Source: Octopus vulgaris
Taxonomy: Eukaryota
DNA length: 64,000 bases
Direction of reading: 5' to 3'
Assembly (NCBI GenBank): GCA_951406725.2
Contig: OX597814.1
Location: forward strand, 162,316,001 to 162,380,000
The translations under genes and the position numbers were made by a program. Every line of letters begins with the position of its first letter. The stretch's first letter is position 1. Below are positions 23,975-37,949 of this stretch, in pieces. Under the pieces are notes generated by a model, which was not told the origin of the DNA, ran no database searches, and saw only the letters and a program-made list of their open reading frames with translations.

Positions 23975-26086
23975 GGAAAGAAAGTATGTGTGTGTGTGTG
24001 TGTGTGTGTGCATGTATCCATTTGTGTAAAAGGACATTTTTATAACTATACTTTAAGGCTAGCTTTAGGTTCAAAATCTAGATAAAGGATGCTCTCTGCT
24101 CAAAACGATTACAACGGAAGTTTTATTTTTCTTTGGAGTTATATCAAGCACAGACTAGCTGAGTAATGTGTTCCATCATTCAGATGATTACATGAATACT
24201 TATGCACAAAAGATTGATTATTTATGATACTGTGTAGTATTATACATAATTAATCACTTGCTTTTTGTCAATGCAACACACCTCTCTTTTCACAATGGAA
24301 CCTTTATACGACACGTAGTCTGAGTTACTGCAGTATAGTAATTCTTGTGATTTAATATTCACAAGAATTAATACTACCAAGTTGACAAGATTGGTGCTGG
24401 GTTGTGGACCAAAAGATCTAGTCTTCATTTCCCATCACCAATGAACACAAGGCCAGGAGACTTCATAATCAAATGGCTCAGTCAACCTAGCAATAAGTAT
24501 CTACCATGAATAGAAATAGACACATCTTATCGCTCAAAGCAGCAGGAGCACTGTATAATTAATGAGTGGCTCATTATGTTACAACTGCACAGCAAAATTC
24601 AATTCCTGATCAAGTTCTATTTCAAGAGAGGCTTGCTTCTCTAAACTAAATTACTCCAGATGAAAAATGCAGCACAAAGTTTTGTCAGTGAACAGGTCGC
24701 GGTCTCAAAGCAACGAAAATATTTTCACAAATTAAATTTAGATGTTGAAGTGAATCTAATGGTTTTTGTGTGTTTCTTAAATGGCTTATAAACACCTTCC
24801 ACACTGCAAAAATGTAATATTTTATGTGATATTTAAGTGTAGATCTAACACATAACTAGGTTTGGCTCACTTGAAACCAGCCTGCTTGAGACTGTCCTTG
24901 GTTCTGTGAAACAAACTCCCTATTTTAAATTGATCTAAATTTAAACCTTCCATCAAAATTTCATATAAATTTATGTTCCAAACACCAGCTTAATGGAGTC
25001 AAAGTTATTTAAAAAGAATTCTTCATTATTTTCAAAATTAACAGAAACAAAGGCAGTGAATTTCAACAGGCACGTGTGTCCGTGCTAGTAGGGTGCCAAG
25101 AGCACCATCCGAGCATGATTGTTGCCAGAGCAGCCAACTGGCTTCCGTGCCAGTGGCATGTAAAAGGGCACCATTTGAGCGTGATCATTACCAACGTCAC
25201 GTTACTGGCACCTGTACTGGTGGCATGTGTAAAAGGATTCGAGCGGGGTCGTTTCCAGTACCGCCTGACTGGCCTCCCGTGCCGGTGGCACGTAAAAAGC
25301 ACCCACTACACTCTCAGATTGGTTGGCATTGGGAAGGGCATCCAGCTGTAGAAACTCTGCCAAATCAAGATTGGAGCCTGGTGCAGCCATCTGGTTCACC
25401 AGCCCTCAGTCAAAATTGTCCAACCCATGCTAGCATGGAAAGCGGACGTTAAATGATGATGATGATGATGATGATATAGTAATAAAGGGTTAAAATTTGG
25501 GTGCTTTTGGCAAATCCTAATCTATTGCAAGCGTTTGGATTAGATCTCTGGCTCGAGGACATCTTCCATGTTTCTTCTCACCAGTCACAGAGAGTTAGCA
25601 AAAGACCATATCCACCATCTCAATGGATTAAGCCATTAAAACTATGATAATAAAATTTTTAAGTGATACTTTTGTAACAGGAGGGGGAAGATGTGAACTC
25701 ACAGTTCTTGTAACATACATAATTGAACTTAACATAGAATGCCTATAAAACTAAAATACACACACACACATATGTACATTCATGCATGCACACATACATA
25801 CCTAACTAGTGAGGCGTGGTATGATCTATATAAGCTATATCTAAATTATTGACTCTGACTGGTTATAAATTTCCATCGTATCACATTTATTGGAGAATAA
25901 TTGTAGATCAATGGAATTAGGCTTTTAGTTTCAAACCTTTGTCTCTGTTAATAAATTTAATTTGAAACTGGTGCCTATCGGCTTATATACATATGAAATT
26001 GGAACACACCAACACAAATATGCATAGCTGCACATAGGCAGATGGATGTACATGTATACACACATGCGTATCTTTAATACACTCAA

Positions 26087-26120
<34 letters not shown>

Positions 26121-28008
26121 ACATAAATCTATACACTCAAATATATACATGCAAACACTGACACATACATCCAGATATTTGGAAGCATACTTAAGAGAAT
26201 ACAAACACATGCATACACATATATATACACACATGTATGTGTACACAAATATAAGTGGCAGCATTACAAAGGTATACATTCCCAAACATGAACACATGCA
26301 GAAGTAAATCTACGCACACACACACACACACATGCAAAGAGAAACACACAGTCATGTACATGATGGTGGTGGTGATGATGATGATGATGATGATGGTGAT
26401 GACTATGACAATAACACCCCCCCCCCATACAGCACCTCTGCAAAACAACAGCTGTTACATCACACCTATTCGTTAAATTGACGAACTGTGTTTCGTGGTT
26501 TTGCTTGATCAGAGCTAACCTTGAGGCTACACAACAGCTACCACCACAGCAAAAAGCACAGCAACAACAACAATTACAATTGTATCACAGTGAAATTTGC
26601 CTTCTTTGTTTATGTATTTATTTCAAATCCTATTTCTACTGTTCTTAAGATGACACCTCTTTACTTCACACTTCAATCACAAATGTTCTCCTAAAAGACT
26701 TCACTTGGGAATTTTATGCATTTATGTTTAATTCTCTTAAACCAACTTGATCATCTGCTCACTTCTGTTGCACTGCATTCTCGAAGGAGCCTTTAAGGAG
26801 CTACTTGATTTGCTAGAAACAGCAGTTAAAACTCCTCCAGATCTTAAGACTGAATAATGTAGTCTTACATATACAAAAAAATTGGGATAATTATGATGGG
26901 TTAGACTATATTTTATCATAGATTTGCTCTATCAGGACCGATCTGGGGCTAAGCGACAACTACTACTAATACCATACAGTCACTTAACATGCAAGAAATA
27001 ACACAGCCAAATCTCCCTCAAATTGCACTGTACCATCTCAGAAAGGTAAGGAGTAACATTTATTCAGTCACAGATGATCTAAAAAGATGGTATAGTCATG
27101 ACTGGATAACTTTGGTCATTAATGCAACTCAGTTAGGTTTCACCCAGGGCTAAACAACAATAATACCCCACACAATTCTTGCCAGTTGTTATACTTTTTG
27201 AACTATTTCACAGCAACACAATCTGCATTAATGTAAACTTTTCTAAAAAAAACAAAACAAAAAAAAAACAGTTCAACCCTTTAGCATTTAAACCAGCCAT
27301 ATCCATCCCAAGTATTCACCTGTTTTATGTTCAAACTGACTACACCTGGCCTCTCAAAACTATCCTACAATGTCATTCTAAAAATATATCACATTACTGA
27401 AACCTTGAAGCTACAAGATAATGCAGGATTAATTCAAAATGATGTGAACAAATAAACATATTTGATAACGTAACTTGAATGCTAAAAGGTTAAATTTCAT
27501 AAAGGAAAGCTTACAAACTTTGATCCCTCACAACAAACTTTGACCCCTCTCTGACTTAACACTCTGTCACATATTGGTCATGAATCAGTCTCATCTATAA
27601 CATCCATTTGATGTAACACAACACCATGCCACATACAAAATATCTTGATCAGTCATAATAAAAACCTCAACCATCACAAATTGTGGTTTGGATATGACAC
27701 ATCTACCACATGATTTTCTATAAAAGTTTATTCTGTAACATACATGTCTTACTGAACTGAAATAATTACAAACTTCCTTTAAGAAACAAGAAAATTGTCT
27801 CCACCACTCCTTTTTCTCTATCCATACCCTACAAACATGTACTTTCTTTCTATCCTTCTCCATCCTCCCTTCCAACAAACTCTGCCTATATCACATGATT
27901 TTTCATTTACATTACTTCAAAAACAATATAAAATCCAAGAAAGATCAAAATAAATAAGTCTGCTGACAGCTAGAAAGTAAAAACTGCAAAATCCCTGTCA
28001 AATGTACA

Positions 28009-28039
<31 letters not shown>

Positions 28040-28758
28040 GGTAATCACTTGAGTTCCAAAAAATTCAGTTCTGCAATATCTTGCTGAACAACTTGCACAA
28101 GTACTTTGTTCATAATGATCAAAAATGTGTTTGCAGTATAATAGCTCACTCCCTCCATCAAGTCAACATTGCTTGTACAAGTGCATAGTTTTCCACATCG
28201 TGGCCGTTGCCAGCCCTCCCTGGCACCTGTGCCAGTGGCATGTAAAAAGCACCCACTACACTCACGGAGTGGTTGACGTTAGGAAGGGCATCCAGCTGTA
28301 GAAACACTGCCAGATCAGACTGGAGCCTGGTGCAGTCTCCTGGCTTCCCAGACCACAGTCGAACCGTCCAACCCATGCTAGTATGGAAAATGGACGTTAA
28401 ACGATGATGATGACGATGATGATGATGATGAATATGTCAAAATGAATGCAGAGCAAATGAGATGAAGGGTTTGCTCAACGCACCACCTGGTCTTAGAATC
28501 GAACCCATGATCTCGTAATCACGAGTGCAACACCCTAACCAATAGGATATGCATGCTCACATACATACATACATACATACATACATAAATAAATATACGC
28601 ATATATGTATGTATGGATGGACATACACACATACATACATATTAAGATATCACTTAGACATAGTGATACTAATAACCAGGAATTAGAACTTGCTGTGAAT
28701 AATATGCTTCAGAATAAAGCATTGTCCTTTCTTATATAAACTTGCACTTCATTTTAGA

Positions 28759-28900
28759 AGCTCTGAGGAAGCTACAAAGTGATGCACAAGAGCTCTGCTC
28801 TGAGTGCACTGCATCTTATAGCAGAAACAACTGCAAGCTAATGAAGTTGACTACATAATTCCTGTACACATGTCATTTATTTAATCTCTATCTCTCTCTT

Positions 28901-28931
<31 letters not shown>

Positions 28932-29030
28932 AACATTCATTTATATATACATGGATTTTAGAAAGTTATGTCCCATAAGCACCCAGCTGTGAGTGGAATA
29001 TTTCTTAAAGCAGAAACAGCTGTAAGCTAA
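28759..29030 (+). mobile_element. Penelope-like relic with one degenerate and one partial hammerhead motif
   Basis: agct-CTGAGGA-A-GCTA..GATGCA..TGCATC..TAGC-A-GAAA-CAACTG-CA-agct (28759-28839); second copy GAAA-CAGCTG-TA-agct at 29013-29028. Confidence 0.5.
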
Positions 29031-29313
29031 TGAAAGTGATTATAAAACATCTCTTCTTTTGCCATTAATTAACATGCACATACATGAGCACACACACACA
29101 CACACACACACACGTAGCAGTACATAGTATTGCCTGGAGATATAGGAAGTGTCAGAAAATGTCACACAGTATATAATCTAATCCTTGAAGATGTAACTCT
29201 AGGCAAAATTTCAGATATATTGATGCAAAACAGTGGCCTACATTTTGAAAAATAGATATCTACATGTATAATACTTACATATATACATGCATAGACATAC
29301 ATACATGTCTATG

Positions 29314-29352
<39 letters not shown>

Positions 29353-30294
29353 ATGTGTGTATTTATCATCATCATCATGGTAAGGCTCCAGTCTGTTTTA
29401 GCTTGGTTTCTACAGCTGGATACCCTTCATAACACCAATTATTCCACAAAATGTACTTGGTGCTGTTTACGTGTCACTGGAACGGGTACGTTTTATGTGC
29501 CACTGGCATGGATGCCTTTTACATGTCACTGGCACAGGTGCCTTTTATGTGTCACTGTGTCATGTACATACATACACATATTATACATATGATGGGCTTC
29601 TTAGAGTTTCCCTCTACCAAATCTTGTTACAAGGCTTTGGTCCTCCCAGAGCTATAGTATGTGACACTTGCTCAAGGTGCCACACAATGGGACTGAACTC
29701 AAAACCACGTGGTTGGGAAGCAAACCTTTAAACCACATAGCCACACATATATCCTAAAGTTTCCAACCAAGGTAGGTCATCGAAGATACTGGCATGCACA
29801 CCAAATAAATATGATTTGTTCGTCAAAGAATATTATGGGACATAAAAGAAAGCAAATATAGGATTCCATAAGAATGTTATGAATAGTGTTGGTGCCATAA
29901 AAAACACCAGTGCTTACTGTGAAGTGGTTGGCATTAGGAAGAGCATCCAGCCGTGGGAATCATGTCAAAATTGAGACACACCGGAGCTTGTTGTGGTCCT
30001 TCAACCAGTTGGACCTTGTTGAAGTGGCCAACCCATATTAACATGGAAAGTAGGTGTTAAAATGTTGATGGTGATGATGACGAGAGATAGACAGACAAAT
30101 AGATAGATAGACAAACAGACAGACAATACATATACTCTGTCCCGCCCAAGAAAGCATGGAAAAGTAGACATTAAAATACTGCCAAAACAAAAAAAAGCAT
30201 ACACATAATATACACATGCATATATATATATATGTATATATACATAAAGGCACACACATACATACATATATACACACACACAAAAATACATTTC

Positions 30295-30336
<42 letters not shown>

Positions 30337-30380
30337 CACAAATACATTTCTGTGTGTATAAGAGAGAGAGAGAGAGAGAG

Positions 30381-30414
<34 letters not shown>

Positions 30415-31078
30415 TGTCTGTACAGCTCAAGATTGGCTGAATTATTAATATTTTCATCAGAACAGGAAACAGAGTGACAGACAATTACAGACAGATAGTC
30501 AAAGCAAGAAAGAAAGAGACAGACAGACAGACAGAGACGAGACAAAACGAAGTAGTGTGTGTGTGTGTGTGTGCGTAGGGAGACAGGGAAAGGAAGTAGG
30601 AAAGAGAGAGATCAAACAATGGTTTTTCCATAAAATAATTATACATGCTGTGTGTATATGTATGAGGATGTGCACATGCTCTAAGTGATGTTGATATATA
30701 TTTTTAATGTAAGTAAATTACTTTGAGGCAGCCGTTCCTCACATTTTTCATTCCCTGACTCTTTACCTTCCATTCAGGCTAATGCAAGATACCTATACAC
30801 ATGTATGTACATGTGTGTGTGTGTATGTGTGTCTGTGCATCTGTGTGTGCATGTATGTGTAGGTAATGCCTTCTACTAGCCAACCAATATCTTGTGTGTA
30901 AAAATTTAGTAGATGGAAACTGCATGGAATCCTGCCATTTGTGTATGTCTGTTTCCACATACCTTCATGTCCACACTGTTTTAAAGAAAGCGTTCATGCT
31001 TGTTTATGTGAAAACCAGTGGAATTAAAATTCCTTACTTGAAAAACAAGAGATGGTTGGCAAAAATAAGGGGCATCAA

Positions 31079-31425
31079 GGCGGCGAGCTGGCAGGAAACG
31101 TTAGCACGCTGGGCGAAATGCCTATCGGTATTTCGTCTGCCGTTACGTTCTGAGTTCAAATTCCGCCGAGTTCGACTTTGCCTTTCATCTTTTCGGGATC
31201 GATAAGTTAAGTACCAGTAAATCACTGGGGTTGATATAATCGACTTAATCCCCTTGTCTGTCCTTGTTTGTCCCCCTCTATGTTTAGCCCCTGTGGGTAA
31301 TAAAGAAATAAAAAAATAAGGGTCGATTAAATAAGTACCAGTAAATCACTGGGGTCGATATAATCGACTTAATCCCCTTGTCTGTCCCCCTCTATGTTTA
31401 GCCCCCTGTGGGTAATAAAGAAATA
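31079..31425 (+). mobile_element. SINE family A, full length, plus tandem duplication of its 3' half
   Basis: GGCGGCGAGCTGGCAG.. start; 31319-31425 repeats 31197-31310. Confidence 0.92.
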
Positions 31426-31970
31426 AAAAAATAAGGGGTATCAGGCTATGAAGTATTGCCTCAATGAGTCTCATTCAATCCATGCCAGCATCGTAAAAGT
31501 GGACATGAAAATTAAAATGTTGATGAGGTTGATGATACACAATACACATACGAGTGTGTGTGTAAGAAGTTTGCTTCCTAAATCACATAGTTCCAGGTTC
31601 AGTTCCAGTGTGTGGTGCCTTGCACAAGTGTCTTCTACTATGGTTCCCAGGCCAACCAAAGCCTTCTGTGTGGATTTGGCAGACGGAAACTAAAAGAAGC
31701 CCATTGAATATATCTACGTGCATGTGTTTTTGTGATTGTATTTGTCCTCCCGCTATTACTAGACAATCAATGTTGGTCTATGTTTATGCATCATAACTTT
31801 GTGGTTCAGCAAAGTGAGAACTACAGACTAAGTACCAGGTTTAAAATAAAATAAGTACTGTGGTCAATTTGTTCAACGAAACCAGTAGTTCCCATCCTTT
31901 TCACGGTGGTTCCCAAACCTTTTATTTAAATGAGTTTTCCTACAGACCCCTTTTAATATGCTGACCCTTA

Positions 31971-32006
<36 letters not shown>

Positions 32007-32608
32007 CATATATTCTTTTATTTGTTTCAGTTATTTGATCGTGGCTATACTGGAGCACTGCCTTTTTAGTCCAATAAAGTGACCCGAGGACTTATTCTTT
32101 GTAAGCCTAGTACTTATTCTATTGGTCTCTTTTGCTGACAGCTAAGTTTGGGGGCATAAATACACCAAATTGGTTGCCAAGCGAGGATGGTGGGGACAAA
32201 CACAGATACACAAACATATACACATAAATACATACACACACACACACATATATATATATATATGCCAGGCTTCTTTCAGTTTCCGTCCACCAATTCTACT
32301 CACAAGGCTTTGGTCGGCCCGAGGCTATAGCAGAAGACACTTGCCCAAGGTGCCATCCAGTGGGACTGAACCCAGAACCATGTGGCTGGAAAGAAGCTAC
32401 TTACCACACAGCCTAGTTCATGTTGGGAACCACTGGACTAATGCTTTCAAAGCAGTGTCCCAGCATGGACATAGTCCAATGACTGAAACAAGTAAAATAT
32501 TAAAGATGAAGATATATGTGTGTGTGTGTGTACATAGGTATTATAGAAATTTAATTAAATTATGTATACATACACATTCACATATACACACAGATATATA
32601 GATGTGCA

Positions 32609-32640
<32 letters not shown>

Positions 32641-33118
32641 CATCCTCTTTGGGTCTTGAGCCTCATGGAGATGATAAGTGACCAAGACTTTTGGCAATTT
32701 GCTGTGCTTGAGAAGACATGTCAAGATAGGTAAAATTGTAGTTGTGGCCAGTGCTGGTGATACATGAAAGGCACCCACTACAATCTCTGGAATGGATGGC
32801 ATTAGGAAGGGCATCTAGCTATAGAAACCAAGCCAAATCAGACTGTGGGTCTCTGACTTACCAGCCCCAGTCAAATCATCTTACCCATGTCAGCAAGGAA
32901 AATGGACACTAAATAACAAAAATGATGATGCATATATAAAATTATAAGCTTAAAAAAAAAACCAAAAAAAAAAACATACTAAGCAAGTCTGCTGCTACCT
33001 ATACTACACCTTCTGCACACCTGAAGCTATGGAAATGGTGATATTTTGTTCTTACAACTGTGGTACCCTCACTACTACATTGAATTGGTTGTTCTCAGTA
33101 TTTTGTAAAAGTTTCGAA

Positions 33119-33976
33119 GCACTGCAAGATCTGGAAGCCCCTGTAGCCACATTGGTAATTTACTGCATTCTCAATATATATATATATACATATGTGTAAA
33201 GTGCTGCCCCTACCCTTCAGACCCACCAATGAAGACTATGAGCGACTGCATTTCAACAAGGGATGCAATTAGATGGAGAGTGGGAGCAGAGAACTGAAAC
33301 TGCTCTTGAGTATACTATACCTGCCATGAAACTATAAAAGTATGAATACTTCATTATTTTAGATAATACAGAATACTCCATCCTCTGCAAAGAGACTATT
33401 TGACTCTTAGTTGATTCTTAAGCCGTACTTGTGAGACACAGAAGCTAGACAAGTGAAAATTTGTTTCTATTATTTTTCATATTTTTTTAAAAGTGAGAAT
33501 GAGCTGCACACACATCAGACTCACTGTTTCATGATTGATAACATATAACCGAGTACAACCAGTTGCATGGTTGAAATGACTAAACTGGCAAACCTATATA
33601 ATACTTGCTTAGTGAGCTTTTGGACACCTGCAAGACGAAAAACAAGATCTGTAAAAGGGCAGGTGAATTCATGGAAGTTAATGGCCCTCCAACAATGGGC
33701 ATATATGCATATTAAATCTGTGTATAGCGGTGGCATAGCTTTGAAGTTGATGGCAGCAGCTGGTGCAGGTAACATACTGTCATGCAGCGCTAAATGCCTC
33801 AATGCAAGGGTAAGTATCTAGAATGATGTTTTATAATCTGGGACCATATCTAATTTGAAGGCACTGCACAGTCTGGAAGCCCCTGTAGCCACATTGGTAA
33901 TTTACTGCATTCTCAATATATATATATACATGTGTGTATGTGTAGTTAGAGAGCTGCCCCTACCCTTCAGACCCAC
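33119..33976. repeat. ~110-bp direct repeat pair (33119-33226, 33861-33976)
   Basis: GCACTGCA..TCTGGAAGCCCCTGTAGCCACATTGGTAATTTACTGCATTCTCAA(TA)n..GCTGCCCCTACCCTTCAGACCCAC twice. Confidence 0.92.
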
Positions 33977-34941
33977 AAATCTATACAGGGTTATGCAGCA
34001 GACCCAAACGTGCTTTCTCCCATAAAATCATCAACCCAGAGTGGATGGCCCCTCTAGATACACTACTGATATATATAAGGAAAATGTCTTTACTACACAG
34101 TCCCTAGAATGTCTACAGACAAAAAATACTTTCGGTTCTGTATTCTTTGTAGCCCAACCATGTTACTGTAAACAGGTAACCACCCAGGACTTTTCTGAAT
34201 TACTATAGATGTATGTGTTTGTGTGTCTGTATAATTATATTAGCATTTTACTTTGCTCATTTACCAAGCATATGATTATAACTATATATAAGCTTTTTTC
34301 TTTGAAAATTGCTATATAATACACTAAACCATTAAAACACTTTATCATTCTTTGTAGCAAAATTCATTATTAAATTATGTTAATTTATTTGCAAATATAA
34401 TTAAACAAACTCCCCATCCCAAATGTAAATTTAATTACGTTGACTTTTAATTATAACCGTCTGAAATTACATATTCATTTTCTCCTCCCCTTTAAATATA
34501 TTAATTCACAAGAGAGTTGTAGAATTGACATAAATGTTCTATGACATTGTTTCACTGCCTAATATGAGTTCTAACCCCGTCTTTGGGGTGTGTGTCGGGG
34601 TTGTTTTGTAGCTTTGGTAAAGAAATAAGCCTGCTATTGCAAACTAAGGACATTAAACACTACCGTTTAATTTGCCGTTTAGCGACAGCTACTGACTGAT
34701 ACACTAAAGTAGCTAAAAAAGAAACAGGTTCTGCTACATATTTGCTCGGTAAATTTTAACAGCAGTTCTATAAAATAAGAGCAGTGGGTTTAAAGCACAG
34801 AATATAGTATTTTATGAAATAATAACAGAAAACGAGAGGTAGAATATAATAGAGTTGACGAAGTGTCTTTGTAGCAGCATCCACTGAGTACACTCCCATG
34901 TTGGTAGGAAGAACAGCAAGACTCAGTTGTATAATTTTTAC

Positions 34942-35160
34942 CTAAAGAACTCATTTTACGAATTTCCCTAAATTCGTAAAATGAGTTTTGATGCGTCGGC
35001 TAGAGAATTTATTTTTAAAAAATGGGTGAAAGACCCGATTTCATTTACAACCTTGTAACACACTTAGCATTTCTTCGAAATGTCAAAACACACACCTCTC
35101 TCTCTCTTTCTCTGCGACACACAAACTTGTCTTCGACGCAGTCTGTCACTAGTATCCTAA
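34942..35160 (-). promoter_or_regulatory. Putative first exon / TSS region of an unidentified minus-strand gene
   Basis: Unique CpG-containing sequence at the CpG-poor/CpG-retaining boundary; TTTAG|GTAAAA donor at 34942/34941; AAAATG at 34954. Confidence 0.35.
34948..34987. repeat. Perfect 18-bp inverted repeat with 4-nt loop
   Basis: AACTCATTTTACGAATTT-CCCT-AAATTCGTAAAATGAGTT. Confidence 0.97.
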
Positions 35161-37289
35161 AATATATTTTTTTGTTTTCACTACTCTTCCTTTTTTTTTT
35201 TTTGAAAAATAATTCAACCTATGCTAAACTGATGTAGAAATGGAAATAAGTACAAACAACATTTTAAAAAAGTATTCTTTTTTTAAGGCTGCGACCTTTC
35301 ATATGAAATATTCAAATAAATATAATAAATTTATTAAGTTACAAAAATATTAGAAAGAAAACAGAAAAGTTAGTTTCTAACTGTTAAAGAGAAACATCAA
35401 ATTAATTTTAAATGAAATGTGAATTTTAAGAAAAAAATTACGAAACAGCAATCATTAGAAAAAAAAATATAAGAAACCTTGATTGCAATATTTGAAGGTA
35501 TAATAAACTGGTCAATTTAAAAAACAAAATCCAAATTCAGGGCATAAAATATTTTTTTTCAGTTCTTTATGTAGATATAAATGTTTTGGTGTAAATTTTC
35601 TTCTCGTCAATGTTATTGTTGCTGTTGTTAATTATCTTAAATTACTTTGATATTTTGAACATTAATATATGATATAAATATATATATATCCCATATGTAT
35701 ATAATTTATCATAGAAGATAATTAGGAAAGAAAACAATAACTTATAACAAGCATATGAACAAGAATGTTATCTACAGGAATAATGATAACGACAGTTGTC
35801 GCAAGCAATGTAGATAAAATGAACATTCCGTCGTCGTAGCTTAAAGACCACCTAGTGATGGGTCAAAGGGAGATAATAAATGACAACCCTACTAAGAGTC
35901 ACAATGAAAAACTTTAGTATTTATGTCAAATATAAAAATATCTTTTCAAATACATTAAAACTAAATGACAGCAATAACCTCGAGATAACGAGGGAGCCTC
36001 AACGCAGCCATTCGACCCTCTAGATATAGCAGCTAAATCACACTCTGTCGTCTTAAAAAAAAACGAAGGACACATTGCCAAATTTAATCTGATATATAGA
36101 AAGATAGAATGGTCACAACTAGAATACTTAAATGATTTTCTTTCTAACTCTGGTACAACAGTTTTGAAGAGATGGGAAGACGACTACGTCGACCTTTCAG
36201 TGTTCAACTCGTACTTATTTTATAGATTCCGAAAGGATGAAAGACAAAGTCAACCTCGGCGGAATTTGAACTCAGAATGGAAAGCCGAAAGAAATGCCAC
36301 GAAGAATTTCGTTCGGTGCGGTAACGATTCTGCTAGCTCGCCACCTCAGAATACTTTAGTAATCATTTCTACTATAGGCATAAGGCCTGAAATTTTGGGG
36401 TTGGAGACTAGTCGATAACAGTGTTTAGCTGTTATTTTTAACGACCCCGAAAGGAAGAAAAGCAATGTTAACTTCGGCAGAATTTGAACTCAGAAAGAAT
36501 GCATTAATCATAAAAACATGATACTTTTCTCTTTTTGTCTAACCTATGGTTACAAAATCCACAATCTCATGTTTAACTTTCAAAGCTTAGCTTCCGTTAA
36601 CTTGTCCAAAATCCACGAATGCTCGTTAAGGACGGTTAATTTACATTCGCTTTGATAGCATTAAGAATTTAGAATGACCAGTATTCACTTTAGTAAAACA
36701 CTAAGTCTATTGAGCCAACGAGGAAGCCCCTACGTGGTTACTAGATATGCTAGAAATAGAAGCCATACTTTCCTAAAATCAAAGTCTGTTGTCTTAGAAA
36801 GGGAAGACGTGTGGCCTCGTGGTTTTGTTGTTGCACCCGCAATCGCAAGATCGTTGTTTGGATTCCCTGACTGGAGGGTACGTGGTATTCTTGAACAACA
36901 CCCCTTCATTTCACGTTGCTCCAATCCACTCAGCTGTAAATGAGTAACCTTGCGACTGACTGCCGTCCCATTCCGTGTAATGTTTTTTTTATCTCGGTCA
37001 CTCATACACCATGGAAACCGGGTAAATCGGACGTACGAGTCCTAACACTCGAGTACCATTGATTTTTTTTTACTGTCTTAGAAAGGGGAAGGGCCCGCCA
37101 AGGATACGCTGGATACTTGTAATCAGAGATAAACTATACCCAAAACAAAGGGAACGGCGAAAATTCTTTTGATCATATTCGGGATGAACCTGGGGCTAAA
37201 TAATGTACCACAATCATTTATCTCATCTCCAGTCGAGGAAATAACTAGTAATAAGATCCCAGTCCAGAGAAAGAACACATACCAAAAAG

Positions 37290-37624
37290 CAGAGGTTTTC
37301 AAACGTTTTGGGCCACCGACCCCCTTTTGGCCACATTATACCCTCAGCGCCCCAACCCCATTTTTATGTATAAATAAATATTTTATAGTTTACAAATTTA
37401 TATATACTATGAATCATTTGATATTTAATATAATATTATATAATTTGTATTCAATACTATAATAATATAAATTCATAGCGTCCCCCAATCCACTGCCTTC
37501 ATCTCAATGCCTCCTTTTTCTCTACCCCTACCTCACCCCCCGACCACCCACGTAGACACCAGCGCCAACCTGGACCCTCTCAACGCCTACCGGAGTGTGG
37601 TAGCGCCCACTTTGAGAACCCATG
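37290..37624. mobile_element. hAT-type MITE
   Basis: Termini CAGAGGTTTTCAAAC / CTTTGAGAACCCATG resemble Charlie-like CAGxGGTTxTCAAA TIRs; 8-bp TSD only partly conserved. Confidence 0.65.
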
Positions 37625-37911
37625 CTATAAAAGATGAACTCAATATCCGCGATCCAATAAATATATGCGTTGCAATCCTTAAACTTATTAAGTTCTCTTC
37701 TATTCTGTGTTTATTCGACATGAACGAACTGTCTGATTAAGGTTAACTAGTCGTAACTTCGAAGTCACTTTCACCACTGTTGTAAAATTATAATAAATAT
37801 GTACTCTACAAAAAGTATTGAGTAATCCTTCAGTTTAATGCAAATTGTTGTCATTTTAATAACACACTATAAAAACAAACATCATTAATATAATATAATG
37901 TAATATAATAA

Positions 37912-37949
<38 letters not shown>

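Noticed and set aside
25500-25610. Multi-hairpin segment considered as an H/ACA snoRNA
   Set aside because: No clear H or ACA boxes at the expected spacing
33567-33821. 84-aa ORF as a host CDS
   Set aside because: No recognisable domain; kept only as part of the direct-repeat finding
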